Shown: one piece after another, positions 62,628 to 64,000 of the stretch
Numbering within the stretch: position 1 is the first letter of the stretch
How the letters are laid out: each line of letters starts with the position of its first letter
Source: Botryllus schlosseri
Taxonomy: Eukaryota
NCBI GenBank assembly: GCA_051294905.1
Contig: CM119371.1
Location: 1-64,000, forward strand
Length of the DNA stretch: 64,000 bases
Reading direction: 5' to 3'
Program-made: the position numbers and the translations under genes
Notes under the pieces: generated by a model
What the model was told of the DNA's origin: nothing
The model's database searches: none
Seen by the model: only the letters and a program-made list of their open reading frames with translations

Positions 62628-64000
62628 GTGAAAAAGCACCAAAATTTCTAAAGCTTGCCGATGGCCTTGACAACATATTTTTAAAACGGCCTACAAGCAC
62701 AGTGAACACTGAACAGCGATAAATATAAGGTATACTCTCAGCGCAAATGGTGTGTATTCACACCCAAGAGCTGAAACGTGTGGAACACGAGAACAGACTT
62801 AAACTCAGAATTATATAGCGGTCAAAAATTGCGCGCCCACGTGCATACATGATTGGATTTTTAATCGATTCATGGATCATGGATGTATATTCACACCTGT
62901 ATATCAGGACTGGCACAAGGGTGGAAATACACACAGTTTTCGCTAAGAGGGTAAGTGGAATTTGAGGTTTGATAATGGTGATTAAAGCAGTCACTGTTGG
63001 TATCGAAATACAAGTGAAAGTACTGTCAGAATTTTCAACGCATTTACTAGTAGAGTAGGGATTTACACGAGATGCGATAATACATACAAAATACGTCAAA
63101 TGAAAGTTGCACGCGATAGTCTTGAAGGTTTTCGAATATAAGTAGGCCTTGTTCAGATTGTTGATTTGATCAAGCAGTTCAAGTGGTTACGCTCATGGAT
63201 AGTACCGGAATTGGAACGTATCCTCATGACTGACACATAATGATCAATGCCAACAGAAATAAAGGTGTATTTCTGCAACATATGTTCACTATTGTCCAGT
63301 TACCGTGATACAAAGGCTATACAAAGGCTATGGTTATATGCTACAAAACAAGAATACCAGAATATGTGGTGCAAGTGGACACAGCCAACTTGAGTACTCC
63401 AAATATGAACTGCTCCATTACAAGTTGACGTAGCGACTTCCAAGACATGCCAAAACTTCTGGAAGGGGCACTGGAAAACGGAAAGTGGAAAAGTACTCAA
63501 TGAAGTAGGTTCAAAAAGAAAATTTGGGTGGGGCCTGCATATAAGTAGGTAATCGAAGGTGGACACTTTCAAGGTGCAAGATATATCATCACCGCAACCG
63601 CAAAAATACTATTGAAATTGTCAATAGGTACCACTTTCGAAGATACACTCAGGTAACGTTAAACAGCGTCATCTCATGCGGTTCCTGTAACCATTTCACT
63701 CATAATCACATGCATACAAAGCACAGAACTACCTTCCAATTTTCAAAATCGAGAGGGGAAACTAAGTAGTTTTGCATGAACACCTGTCCAAGTAGGAGTG
63801 GAAGTGACTTATTAACACAGAACCACTTTACAACGTATCGCAAGTAAATGAAACCTGCTTGAGTACTCCGACAAAGTAAACATACTCAGCCACTCTTTGC
63901 CTCGGTGTATAGCATTGCTGTAATTCGCGTGACATATCAGTTGCATCGACTGATTTACATGAAAACTTTAGTTTTTAAGTTACAAAAGTCATCTCAATGA

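Noticed and set aside
62758..63572. Minus-strand ORFs or a next integrin exon
   Set aside because: No integrin or other motif, and no convincing in-phase splice sites.

Overview
AT-rich, intron-containing animal genomic DNA. It is probably a marine invertebrate and plausibly an ascidian, but that is inference only. Almost none of the ORF-track calls are real genes. Three things dominate. (1) Positions 1-13961 form an almost perfect palindrome with arms of at least 6.96 kb and a 43-bp spacer. It runs on into a motif-rich tandem array ending in ...TATAATACTACT at 14862, a Polinton/Maverick-type terminus that interrupts a tRNA-derived SINE. This looks like a non-coding fold-back Polinton derivative whose left end should lie about 0.9 kb upstream of the window; an assembly artefact is not excluded. 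(2) From about 15 kb onward, including the large introns, there is a dense nest of hAT, EnSpm/CACTA, P-like and other DNA transposons, SINEs and a Penelope-like fragment, many with readable TIRs and TSDs. (3) The first six coding exons of a plus-strand integrin alpha gene lie at 40840-62627 and the gene continues past the window. I spliced them by hand into an open frame of about 294 aa: signal peptide, FNL mature N-terminus, first beta-propeller repeat, then a MAM domain, then the start of propeller repeat 2. A MAM domain inside an integrin alpha propeller is an architecture I do not know from described integrins.
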